Below, one piece after another: positions 8,222 to 17,102 of a DNA stretch of 28,077 bases (position 1 is its first letter; each line of letters opens with the position of its first letter). Both the position numbers and the translations under genes were made by a program. Location: the NCBI GenBank assembly GCA_021399345.1, contig JAAFKI010000001.1, positions 1 to 28,077 on the forward strand, read 5' to 3'. Source of the DNA: Candidatus Heimdallarchaeota archaeon. Lineage in GTDB: Archaea; Asgardarchaeota; Heimdallarchaeia; Heimdallarchaeales; Heimdallarchaeaceae. The notes beneath the pieces were generated by a model that had not been told where the DNA came from, made no database searches, and worked only from the letters and a program-made list of their open reading frames with translations.

Positions 8222-9031
8222 ATGACAAAATCATTAGATGAAATTCTCGGATCAGTTGCCAATATCTGCGATAGGGAAACAAAACTTTCAAAAGACTTTG
8301 GTATTGAATTTGGTACTTTTTCCCCACATAAATTAAAAGCAACTAATGTGAAATGCATCGTTGTTTCACCTTTGATGAATCTGAAACTCGTTCATTTCAT
8401 GAATGATAACAAAGCAAATGTTGCAGTAACTTTATTACCTCTATCCATCATAGAGAATAAATTTCCTCTTTCAGAAATAGATTTTGAATTATTGAGGTCT
8501 CTAATTTCAAATAACATCAAAACAATTAGGTTACCCCATAAATGGTTTCATTCAGTAAAAGGAAGTTTTCCCTACTTCCTTCAAACTCTAGGATTAAGTA
8601 AAATGGAGGATTCAAGCCTTGTTACAGAAACTGACAAAAAATTAACAATGTGGAATTTGCCTGAAATGAGTTTTCAAGATTTTCTTGTATCTTTGAGTCA
8701 TCTAAACAAAAAATGGATTGCTCATACATTCGGAATACCAGAGAATAAGTTATCAATTGTGTTAGAAAATGAAAAATTCTCAAGTTCAGACTTTCAAGAG
8801 TTGAAAGAAGAAGGAATTAATACCATTGTAAGTTTCCATTTGGATTCAAGTTCCATTCCATTATATCAAAAAAACAGAATGAATTTTTTGTTTATTCCAT
8901 TTGTTGATTATTGTAATATAGCTTTACGTAAGTTTGCTCAAGTACTCCAGCTTGAAACAAATGAAAAAGTTCTTTTCCATTCTTTTGAAGCAAAAGAGTG
9001 GATAGGGTATCAAGATTTACAAAAACGATGA
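8222..9031 (+). CDS. Hypothetical protein, possibly a degenerate NIF3/YbgI-like protein
   Basis: Size and layout (DFGIEFG...VKCIVVS; GINTIVS; C-terminal DYCNIALRKFAQVL) echo NIF3, but the metal-binding His residues are absent. Confidence 0.5.
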   Translation: MTKSLDEILGSVANICDRETKLSKDFGIEFGTFSPHKLKATNVKCIVVSPLMNLKLVHFMNDNKANVAVTLLPLSIIENKFPLSEIDFELLRSLISNNIKTIRLPHKWFHSVKGSFPYFLQTLGLSKMEDSSLVTETDKKLTMWNLPEMSFQDFLVSLSHLNKKWIAHTFGIPENKLSIVLENEKFSSSDFQELKEEGINTIVSFHLDSSSIPLYQKNRMNFLFIPFVDYCNIALRKFAQVLQLETNEKVLFHSFEAKEWIGYQDLQKR

Positions 9032-9077
9032 TAAACTTAAGTAGTATAAGAGACCATCATAAAATTAGGGGGAGAAT

Positions 9078-10403
9078 ATGAATACATTGATTCCGTTAAT
9101 TCTAACTTCACTTGAACAAGTAGATGAAGGTCGTTCAATTAGAACTATTCTCAGATATCATATTCAAGATAATGATTTGACAAATTATGATGAATCCCTG
9201 ATATATTATCATGTTTTTGAAATATATAGAAAGCTAAACCTGATTGATTTGTATATTAAAACAAGCTCCTCCTCCTTTTCTTTGAGAAAAATTAGTTTCA
9301 GAATGAAAGCTCTCCTCAGATTGGCTACTCAACTTCTCAAAGTAGAAAAAGAAAACATAAATTATGTAATTGAATTACTTAAACCCCATTATAAGAAGAT
9401 TAACGATTTAGAACTAGAGGATATTCTTCATTCTATAAACAATTTACAAGAGGATATTCTTTATGAAAACAAGCATGATTTTGCATCCAAAGCAGCTCTG
9501 AGATATTTTACTCCTACCTGGATAATAAGGAAATTTATCAGACAATGGGGAGAGGATTTTGCAGAAAAAATCCTTTCAACCTTTCTAACAACTATTCCTA
9601 TGTACGTTCGGGTTAATGATTTAAAATCAAACATGGAGGAAATAACTCTTGGATTTGAAGAACAAGAAATTGCTTTTACAATAGATGATGGAATTCCAAA
9701 TCTGCTAAGAATTGAAAAAACCCTCATTCCAATCCCTCGCACAAGTGAGTTCCAAGATGGTAAGATTGTGATTCAACAAAAAGCTTCAGCTTTGGCTTCA
9801 CTTGTTCTGAATCCTAAATCAAATGAACTAATTCTTGATATGTGTGCTTCTCCAGGGAGCAAAACTTCACACATTGCAGCTTTGTTAGATAATAAATCAA
9901 GGATTACTGCTGTAGATATAAATGATGAGCGCATCAAAATTTTGAGAAACAGAATGAAGATACTTGGTGTTCAACCAATAGATATTATTCAAGGTGATGC
10001 TAAGGAATTCAGTAAAATAACTACCGATACTTTTGATAAAATATTACTTGATCCCCCATGTTCTAGTTCAGGGACATATTCCTCACGACCAGAAAACAAA
10101 TGGAAAATGAAGCAAAGAGACTTACGTTGGTATGTTGACTTGCAAACTGATTTGCTAGAAGAAGCCGCAAACTTAGTTAAACCTGATGGTGCTATAGTAT
10201 ATTCCACTTGTTCATTGTTTCATGATGAGAATCACAACATTATTTCATCCTTTCTACAAGAGAATGAAGATTTTTATCTAGAAAAACCTCTGCCTATCAT
10301 TGGAACTCTAAGAACTACACCACATGGAGAAGTACAAGAACTATATCCCCATTTGCATGATACTGAAGGCTTCTTTATTGCGAAAATTAGAAAAAGAAAA
10401 TAA
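9078..10403 (+). CDS. RsmB/NOP2/NSUN family RNA (cytosine-5) methyltransferase
   Basis: LDMCASPGSKT, LLDPPCS and VYSTCS motifs, HDTEGFFIA, and a NusB-like N-terminal region. Confidence 0.95.
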   Translation: MNTLIPLILTSLEQVDEGRSIRTILRYHIQDNDLTNYDESLIYYHVFEIYRKLNLIDLYIKTSSSSFSLRKISFRMKALLRLATQLLKVEKENINYVIELLKPHYKKINDLELEDILHSINNLQEDILYENKHDFASKAALRYFTPTWIIRKFIRQWGEDFAEKILSTFLTTIPMYVRVNDLKSNMEEITLGFEEQEIAFTIDDGIPNLLRIEKTLIPIPRTSEFQDGKIVIQQKASALASLVLNPKSNELILDMCASPGSKTSHIAALLDNKSRITAVDINDERIKILRNRMKILGVQPIDIIQGDAKEFSKITTDTFDKILLDPPCSSSGTYSSRPENKWKMKQRDLRWYVDLQTDLLEEAANLVKPDGAIVYSTCSLFHDENHNIISSFLQENEDFYLEKPLPIIGTLRTTPHGEVQELYPHLHDTEGFFIAKIRKRK

Positions 10404-10424
10404 ATATAAAAAGATTTCAGATTT

Positions 10425-11069
10425 CTAGTACATCTTATCTAATAAACCATCAATTTTGTCAATTAATTCATCTCTAAGCTTACTTCGTGGTGGTTTTTCA
10501 ACTTTTTTCATGTGTTCTATATTTGAATCAAACAAAATTTTGGATGCTAGGGTTTTAGCCACTTCCTCAAAATCATATTTTTCTGAATCTTGTATCGTCT
10601 GAATAGATTCTAGTTTTGGTTTTGGTTCTGGTTCTGGTTCTGGTTCTGGTAATCCCCTTTCGTACTTGATTTCACTCGTTGTTTTGCTAATGGTTGTAGT
10701 TGCAGGAACTATTTTTTCACCATAAACATAAGCGCTTCCCCCTAAACTTGTCTTTGTAGTTGTTGAGGGTTCTGAATAAGCGGTTTCTTCTAGCTTTTGT
10801 ATCAATTCAGGTAATATTCTATCCCTTTCTTCTTGTTCTATATTGATGACTTTGTATTTTGATCCTTTTTTTGTATTAAGATTCGTTGCTGCTCGTCCTG
10901 CCCAATAAGCTAAAGAGGAAGGAATCCCATCTTTTCTATAGACATAGATTCTTCTTTCTACTCTGTCTATAATCAAGTATGCTCCATTATCTTCAAAAAA
11001 ACTCTCTCTTTTTGCAGGTACTTCACTATAACTACCATCTCTCCTAACTGAAAAAATCCGAAGACCCAT
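10425..11069 (-). CDS. Gelsolin-like single-domain protein with a T/P/E-rich linker and helical C-terminus
   Basis: N-terminal LRIFSV...EVP..ESF....AYLIID....IYVY......AYWAGRAATNL.......VINIEQEE follows the gelsolin repeat pattern; EPEPEPEPKPK linker. Confidence 0.65.
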   Translation of the reverse strand: MGLRIFSVRRDGSYSEVPAKRESFFEDNGAYLIIDRVERRIYVYRKDGIPSSLAYWAGRAATNLNTKKGSKYKVINIEQEERDRILPELIQKLEETAYSEPSTTTKTSLGGSAYVYGEKIVPATTTISKTTSEIKYERGLPEPEPEPEPKPKLESIQTIQDSEKYDFEEVAKTLASKILFDSNIEHMKKVEKPPRSKLRDELIDKIDGLLDKMY

Positions 11070-11127
11070 GATGACACCCCAGTGTCAACACTATGTATGT
11101 TCACACATAAAAACATTTTTTCCAAAA

Positions 11128-11853
11128 TTATCTGTATTCTGTGGGATCATCTATACTTGCTTGATGAAAAGCTCTTTTTCTCCTTTGACACGACTCACAG
11201 GTGCCACAATGTATTGGTTTTCCTTCATTTGTCCATTCCTCTATTTGGTAGCAGGATGATGAAAAAGCCATTTTGGCATTGTTTTCAGTAAGAAATACAA
11301 CTATGTCCTTCTTATCTGAATCATGAAATGGGGCCTGAATTGTAACTTGATTTAAACACCCTAATTCAATTGATTTATTCATCCTATTAACAAAATCTAA
11401 TGTATTATCTGGAAATGTGGTTCCTTCTTCCTTATTAGCCCCAAAGATTATGTCTGTTGGTACTTTTGAACTATCAGCTAAAGAAGCTGCTATTGAAAGA
11501 AAGAGAATATTTCTTCCTGGAATCCAAACTTCTTTAGCAGTTTGCAAAGCTAAATCTTCCCTATCTAATTGTTCAAAGGAATTAACTTCTGGAGGTTTCT
11601 TTTCAGATTTTATAAGACTAGAACCAGCTTCTTGGGAAAATTCTTCTAGAAAAGGCAAATTGATAATCTTAGTTTTAACAGAGAGCAAGGAGGAAAACTT
11701 TTTGTTGACCTTGATAATGGTTTGATCTTCTTTACTACCATAAAGAAAACTTAGCAGAGTTATTTCATCATATTTTTGCATTGTCCAATATAAACATGCG
11801 GTGGAATCCATTCCCCCCGAAAACAAGACAATCGCTTTTCGCATATTTTTCAC
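11128..11853 (-). CDS. queC: 7-cyano-7-deazaguanine synthase
   Basis: SGGMDS PP-loop, WIPGRN, FPD, SCY...CGTCESC..R. Confidence 0.95.
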   Translation of the reverse strand: MKNMRKAIVLFSGGMDSTACLYWTMQKYDEITLLSFLYGSKEDQTIIKVNKKFSSLLSVKTKIINLPFLEEFSQEAGSSLIKSEKKPPEVNSFEQLDREDLALQTAKEVWIPGRNILFLSIAASLADSSKVPTDIIFGANKEEGTTFPDNTLDFVNRMNKSIELGCLNQVTIQAPFHDSDKKDIVVFLTENNAKMAFSSSCYQIEEWTNEGKPIHCGTCESCQRRKRAFHQASIDDPTEYR

Positions 11854-11906
11854 CTGTTACTACTGATATTTCTGTATTATTCACGTATTATTTTTTCTTT
11901 AAAATC

Positions 11907-12359
11907 TCATTCTGTATATGTCACAACACTTGTAGGTGTCTCTGCCATTGTAATAGTTATTTTGAATTGAGGATACTGTTTTTTTATTAGGCTGTGAAAA
12001 TATTTAGCTAATAGCTCTACAGTGGTTGCTTTTAAAGGGAGCAAAATTACATCCTCTCTTGGAAAACGATAATATCTTCCTTCACATGTGTCAACTATGA
12101 CTTGTTTGTCTGTGGTTGTTATTTTTAGATCCTTGTTAAAATCGGGAATAAGAATTCTGTGATCAAATTTTTTTACTATCTTTCCAACAGCTGTTTTGAA
12201 GATCCCAAAATCAATCAACATATTATTTTCATCTATTTTTCCTTCAACTTCAACTTCAACATCATAATTATGACCATGGAGGCGTGCACATTTATCATGT
12301 CTTGTTAACATATGTGCTGAAGCGAAAGTTAATTTGTCACCAGAGATTTTTAATTTCAA
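11907..12359 (-). CDS. queD: 6-carboxy-5,6,7,8-tetrahydropterin synthase
   Basis: FASAH, C.RLHGHNY, DH, TTVE, ETPTS. Confidence 0.93.
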   Translation of the reverse strand: MKLKISGDKLTFASAHMLTRHDKCARLHGHNYDVEVEVEGKIDENNMLIDFGIFKTAVGKIVKKFDHRILIPDFNKDLKITTTDKQVIVDTCEGRYYRFPREDVILLPLKATTVELLAKYFHSLIKKQYPQFKITITMAETPTSVVTYTE

Positions 12360-12367
12360 ATTATCAC

Positions 12368-13000
12368 CTATATTGTTCTAGTTTTTGCAATATCCTCTTT
12401 AATCCTGGATATTTCACTTATATATTTCTCAGCTATTTGAATTGCCAAGCTTTGTATTTCTTCTGTTTTTACTCCGAGGTCTGCTAAACCAATAGCTTGA
12501 ACATGTTCTGGAACTCCTGTGCTAAGGATATTTATTCCAAAGTGGATTTTACTACTTGAAATTCCTACTGTAGCGATTCCCACGTTTAGTTTTTTTCCAT
12601 CAACGAAAATATCTGTTCCTTTTCTTTCAATTTCAATACTTTTTCCCTTCAAAATATCGATGACTGTTTGAGCAAATATTCGGAGTCTATAATATTCTAG
12701 TTCCATATTTGGTGGTTGTATATCAAATTCCTCAATTATGAAATGTAGGGAATCATCAGAACTAATTAAAATATTACTCAAGTGCGATTCTCTGAGAATA
12801 TCCTTAATATCAACCATTTCCTTTGGAGAAAGCTTCATTCCTCCTCTAAAAACAAGAATACTGTCACCTATTATACCATATTTTTCAGCAGTAAAATGAC
12901 TTGAAAGTTGAGATCCATCATAAATCATTTGACTAGCAAAATCTTCTACAATGATATGATATGGCGGTTTATTGATTGTCTTCATTTCCTTCCAATCCAT
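12368..13000 (-). CDS. DUF366 family protein (biotin/lipoate-ligase-like fold)
   Basis: YDGSQL, GDSILVFRG, MVD..D, LHFIIE.FD, RKGTDIFVDGKKL.V.IAT, IHFGINI; located inside the que operon. Confidence 0.85.
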   Translation of the reverse strand: MDWKEMKTINKPPYHIIVEDFASQMIYDGSQLSSHFTAEKYGIIGDSILVFRGGMKLSPKEMVDIKDILRESHLSNILISSDDSLHFIIEEFDIQPPNMELEYYRLRIFAQTVIDILKGKSIEIERKGTDIFVDGKKLNVGIATVGISSSKIHFGINILSTGVPEHVQAIGLADLGVKTEEIQSLAIQIAEKYISEISRIKEDIAKTRTI

Positions 13001-13940
13001 TAAGTTGTTCCATCAATTTCTTTAAAGATATTTTAACTTCTGCAACTGCATTATGTTGATGAATGCTTTCATAGTTAATTTGTTTGACACAAATTAATGT
13101 TTCTGGGGGTTGATTTAAGTATTTTTTAGAAACTTTCTGCAGAATTGATCTTACAACATCCTCTACAAAGGCTGGATGTTGATGTGCATAGAGAACAACA
13201 GCTTGTTCATCTTTTCGTTTTAATACTTCATGTGTAGGTGAGCTCATCGATGTTTCTAGTATTTCAATAATATCTTCAAGTTCTATTCTTTCTGCATCTC
13301 TTGGTTGCTCAAGTACTAAAATTGATTTTGATCTCTGATTATGCGAAGCTAAAGGTATGGTTTCAATTACGTAATCTATTTGTTCCTCTGTGAACCCCTT
13401 TTCTGTAAGTTTTTCCTTAGTAAAATCCCTTGATAGTTCTTGAGAACAGGGACAGACTGTTGTTCCTTCAACCTCTGCACCAATTATTTTAGTAATCGTA
13501 ATATTTTCTCCAGTTTTATGCGCAAGAGCTCCAGCTCTTAATTTGTGAACACTGGATTTCTTCCTACCAATGGCTTCTGAATGAGTTTCCATTTCATAAT
13601 CTGCAATAAGTGTTACTTCAGCATTAGTTGCTCCAGGTTGAATAGAAAGAGCTTTTTCTGCAATCTGAGCACATAATTCTTCACAATCAGAAATAACTTC
13701 TCCTGAAAGCGTTGATATAACTTCATTAATTGCATCTAGATTTCGGGACATGTGAATTCCTCTTTTTGAAGGTAATAAATCGACATAAACATCTATTTTT
13801 GCTGATAATTCATTATATTCACCAAAACGTTTCCTACGAATAATTTTTGGAATGTCGCTTACACCTACTCTCCTAATACCTATCTGTATCTTTGATTCAT
13901 CTGCTTGAACATCTGATAGTTTTTTGCTATTTAGATTCAT
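12969..13940 (-). CDS. mptA: GTP cyclohydrolase, FolE2/MptA family
   Basis: DVQ, RVGV, RGIHMSR, TVCPCS, SHNQR, LKR.DE, FVEDVVR, ESIHQHNA. Confidence 0.92.
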   Translation of the reverse strand: MNLNSKKLSDVQADESKIQIGIRRVGVSDIPKIIRRKRFGEYNELSAKIDVYVDLLPSKRGIHMSRNLDAINEVISTLSGEVISDCEELCAQIAEKALSIQPGATNAEVTLIADYEMETHSEAIGRKKSSVHKLRAGALAHKTGENITITKIIGAEVEGTTVCPCSQELSRDFTKEKLTEKGFTEEQIDYVIETIPLASHNQRSKSILVLEQPRDAERIELEDIIEILETSMSSPTHEVLKRKDEQAVVLYAHQHPAFVEDVVRSILQKVSKKYLNQPPETLICVKQINYESIHQHNAVAEVKISLKKLMEQLNGLEGNEDNQ

Positions 13941-13949
13941 CTTTATTCC

Positions 13950-14765
13950 CTACAAGATTTCTACGGCTTTGTGCATTTGTATTGAAATCCCTATTTTTTC
14001 AGGTGAAAGAAATTTCCCAGCAATTTGAGAGAAATCATTCACTTGCTCCCATGTTGGTTGTTCAACCTTAGAATTAACTATTGGTGTAACAAATTGGATA
14101 ACAATGGGAAGATCTATGGATCCACACTTCTTTGCAATAATCTCAAAATTTTCTTTTTTTGAGGCTTTGGTTATTACAGTTTTTGCAAATACTTTAGTTC
14201 CTGCGTTTTTTAGTATCCTACTCATTTCTACTTCCTGATTTACAAGATTTTCCCATTCTAGAGCAGCATTCGCTGTTTTATCCTTTATATCTACACATGC
14301 AAAATCAATTTTTTCTGATATTTTTTCTAGAAACACAAAATTATCAGTGTATGCTGTTTCTAAATATGTTTTATATCCTGCTTCTTTGAGAAGGCTATTA
14401 ATATCTTCAAAAAATGATTCCTGATACAAGGGCTCTCCCCCTGTCAAACTTACAGAGTGTAAATCCTTAGTAGAAAGCTTTTTCACAAAATCTAAAATTT
14501 CTTCAGGTGTCAAAGGGTTAGCTATTTCCTCAAAGGATTGAGTTCCCGCTTGTGTTTCCACAAGACATTTTGATGGAGTTGTACTCCAAGATTTCGGGGA
14601 ATCACACCAGATACAACCTTTTGTTCCATGAACACCTAAAGCAAGAGGACATCCTGAGAATCTGATGAAAATCTGCCTTAATCCATAACAGCTTCCCTCA
14701 ACTGCTGCTCCTTCACCTTGGAAACTTGAGAATATTTCCTGTACGTAACCCTGTGACATTGACAT
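13950..14765 (-). CDS. queE: 7-carboxy-7-deazaguanine synthase (radical SAM)
   Basis: EIFSSFQGEG, FIRFSGC..CIWCD, SLTGGEPL, YLET, QMHK. Confidence 0.93.
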   Translation of the reverse strand: MSMSQGYVQEIFSSFQGEGAAVEGSCYGLRQIFIRFSGCPLALGVHGTKGCIWCDSPKSWSTTPSKCLVETQAGTQSFEEIANPLTPEEILDFVKKLSTKDLHSVSLTGGEPLYQESFFEDINSLLKEAGYKTYLETAYTDNFVFLEKISEKIDFACVDIKDKTANAALEWENLVNQEVEMSRILKNAGTKVFAKTVITKASKKENFEIIAKKCGSIDLPIVIQFVTPIVNSKVEQPTWEQVNDFSQIAGKFLSPEKIGISIQMHKAVEIL

Positions 14766-14838
14766 ATTATTTTCTTAACTCTAAATAAAAATTCCTTATG
14801 ATGATAGATTCAGTTATGCTGTAATAAAAGAAGGTTTG

Positions 14839-15306
14839 CTATAAATTGTACTTACCTATCTGATCAAATGTAGCATATTTTTCTACATATTCTCGAACTT
14901 TTCTAGCATATTCTTTAGGGTCTCTTTTCATCAGATTAGCAGCTGTTGAATTTAAAGGATCATCAGGATTTGGATTACTTAAAATGAAGCGAATTGATTC
15001 TATAACATCAACTAGATTGTTCGCTGGGGTCCAATCTGCTCCTAGAACCCCTACACATATTCTTGTATCAAATACATTAGCATGAAAAACCTTTGTTAGC
15101 ATTTTTACCTTTGGAGGTTTGAATGGATATTCTCTCGGAATATCGATATCAAGTACAAAAACACCATTTTCATATAAGCCTGCCCCAAAAATAAATCCCC
15201 TCCATTGAAGTGTATTTCCGTCTATTGGTTTGAATGTTGGCAATTCTTTTTTTAATTCATTGGCTTCGATTGCTATTCTAGGCCAAAATTCTTCTTCTGC
15301 TAACAT
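14839..15306 (-). CDS. Ubiquitin-conjugating enzyme E2 (UBC fold)
   Basis: YENGVF.L.I.IP.EYPFKPPKV...TKVFHANV....ICVGVL..DWTPA, and PNPDDPLN..AA; the catalytic Cys is present. Confidence 0.95.
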   Translation of the reverse strand: MLAEEEFWPRIAIEANELKKELPTFKPIDGNTLQWRGFIFGAGLYENGVFVLDIDIPREYPFKPPKVKMLTKVFHANVFDTRICVGVLGADWTPANNLVDVIESIRFILSNPNPDDPLNSTAANLMKRDPKEYARKVREYVEKYATFDQIGKYNL

Positions 15307-15345
15307 TGCTTCATATCCAGTATGTTTTTTTAAGGATGGTTGTAA

Positions 15346-15510
15346 CTAGTATCCTCCTGAACCCTTGTTCTGCATCTCTAGAAGTATCATGAGTATGGCA
15401 GCAATTAACCCTTTTTGATCGCCTGCAATTTTCTCAAATTCTTTTCTTTCTAACATCATTGCCACAGAACGCCATCTAACTAGTAATTCCACGATGTCTC
15501 TTTCGCTCAT
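15346..15510 (-). CDS. 54-aa small protein ending in GSGGY (not in the ORF track)
   Basis: ATG at 15510, TAG at 15348-15346. Translates to MSERDIVELLVRWRSVAMMLERKEFEKIAGDQKGLIAAILMILLEMQNKGSGGY. TATA-like TTAATATA ~30 nt upstream on the - strand; fills the gap before the E2 gene. Confidence 0.65.
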   Translation of the reverse strand: MSERDIVELLVRWRSVAMMLERKEFEKIAGDQKGLIAAILMILLEMQNKGSGGY

Positions 15511-15662
15511 TAGCCTTCAACTATGAAAAGTTTGCTAGATATATTAAGATTATGTCTCTCCTAAACGAAATTTGATTCCGAGGATAAAAGGAAGCTAGTT
15601 TTTGATTACGCCTAATCCAAAGATTTTTTTAATTTGATAACAATTACTATATGTGAATATGT

Positions 15663-16349
15663 ATGAGTAACCCAGAGGAAATGTTAGTTCAACTAATTAA
15701 CTCAATCAATAAGCTTTCAACTCTTGTTCAAAATGTAAACGATGCGATTTCTAAACTATCTACTCAGATTATGCAATTAGAAACAAAGATGACAGGTTTT
15801 TCTAATGTCGAAAATCAAGTTTCTGAGGTAGGTCTTAAACTCGGTGAGATTCCTGGAATTAAGGATATGATCGCAAACCTAAACACTAAGATTGATGGGT
15901 TGGGATCTATTGCTGTTGCAGCTCCTGCAAAATCCAAAGGTAAGGCCAAGAAACAATCTGCCCCTGCAGTTGCAGTACCAGCTGAACCAGCTCCAGTAGA
16001 ATATACTTCTCCAGGTATAGCTGAAGAAGCTGAAGGAGAAGGAGTTTCAGCTGAAGCTGATGCAGCTTTTAATGCTGTTTCCAAGAAATTTAAACATATA
16101 ACACAAATGGTTAGCCCCACTAGTAGTTGTGGGAACATATCGAAGATGATAGAGGATTTAAGGGATGAAGTCGAAATTCATGTCGGAATGTCACCAATGT
16201 TATATGAACTAAACTCTTGGGTTCAAAGAGTTTCAAAAATGCCTGAAGCAGATGTACTTCTTCCTGAAGTCCATTCTGAATTGATTGGTAAACTAGATGA
16301 TTGGTTAACAAGAGTAACCAAAGCAATTCACTTAAAATATCAAGATTGA
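15663..16349 (+). CDS. Hypothetical protein: N-terminal coiled coil, A/P/E-rich linker, helical C-terminal domain
   Basis: Heptad pattern in residues ~5-80; genome-typical codon style. Confidence 0.7.
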   Translation: MSNPEEMLVQLINSINKLSTLVQNVNDAISKLSTQIMQLETKMTGFSNVENQVSEVGLKLGEIPGIKDMIANLNTKIDGLGSIAVAAPAKSKGKAKKQSAPAVAVPAEPAPVEYTSPGIAEEAEGEGVSAEADAAFNAVSKKFKHITQMVSPTSSCGNISKMIEDLRDEVEIHVGMSPMLYELNSWVQRVSKMPEADVLLPEVHSELIGKLDDWLTRVTKAIHLKYQD

Positions 16350-16435
16350 TGGGCATTCTATTAGAATAGTAATACCCCCGTTCATATTGATATAATACTT
16401 ATTTTTTAACTTACTAAACCAAATATGTACATGTT

Positions 16436-17083
16436 ATGATGAATCTAAGTGATATTAAGGGCATCATAGAGATAAACGGTGAGACTTATGATCCAAAAGA
16501 GGTTCTTAGAGCTCTTCTTGAACAAGGTTTGAAAATCCATCCTTTAAATGGTTCATTACTAATTGGACGAACTTTTATTGATCCTGCCCCAAATCTTGAA
16601 TTTAGGAGCCAATCCTGTCCAATATCTACTCACTGTAAGATTTTTGAAAAACTGAACTTGTCAAAAAAGGAAATAACAGATTCTTCATTAACATCATATG
16701 ACATTGACTTAGATTCACAATCACCTAATCTAACTCATAGTCCATCTCAACCTTCCCCTAACAGATTTTATACTGATCCTGTTCAGATGGATATTGATAA
16801 TATGGATATACAAAGTCTTTTTTCAGAATCATCTATTGGAGAGACAGTTTTACCACATGATGAATTTCAGAATAGTTCGGTTCTAAGAACCAGCTTAATC
16901 GATAATTCAGAACCTGAACCTGCTGAAATGATGGGGGTGTCCCCTGTAACAAAATATGGCGAATCGATGAACATAGATGTTTCTCATATCCCGTTAGAAT
17001 ACAAGGGAAGATGTCCTTATTGCAAATCCGTTGTTAATATGAAATGGAAGTTTTGTGGAACTTGTGGCACTCATATGCAATAA
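16436..17083 (+). CDS. Hypothetical protein with a disordered S/D/P-rich middle and a C-terminal zinc ribbon
   Basis: CPYC...WKFCGTCG at the C-terminus. Confidence 0.72.
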   Translation: MMNLSDIKGIIEINGETYDPKEVLRALLEQGLKIHPLNGSLLIGRTFIDPAPNLEFRSQSCPISTHCKIFEKLNLSKKEITDSSLTSYDIDLDSQSPNLTHSPSQPSPNRFYTDPVQMDIDNMDIQSLFSESSIGETVLPHDEFQNSSVLRTSLIDNSEPEPAEMMGVSPVTKYGESMNIDVSHIPLEYKGRCPYCKSVVNMKWKFCGTCGTHMQ

Positions 17084-17102
17084 ATTAAAGGTAAGTTAAA
17101 GG

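Noticed and set aside
2033-12487. Short antisense or overlapping ORFs (2033, 2668, 4626, 6012, 6336, 6664, 8173, 9461, 9989, 11068, 11082, 11417, 11781, 12284)
   Set aside because: They overlap better-supported genes on the opposite strand and show no motifs.
11128-14765. que genes as a Dpd-type DNA 7-deazaguanine modification/defence island
   Set aside because: No dpdA/tgt-like or other dpd genes nearby; the housekeeping context fits tRNA archaeosine precursor synthesis.
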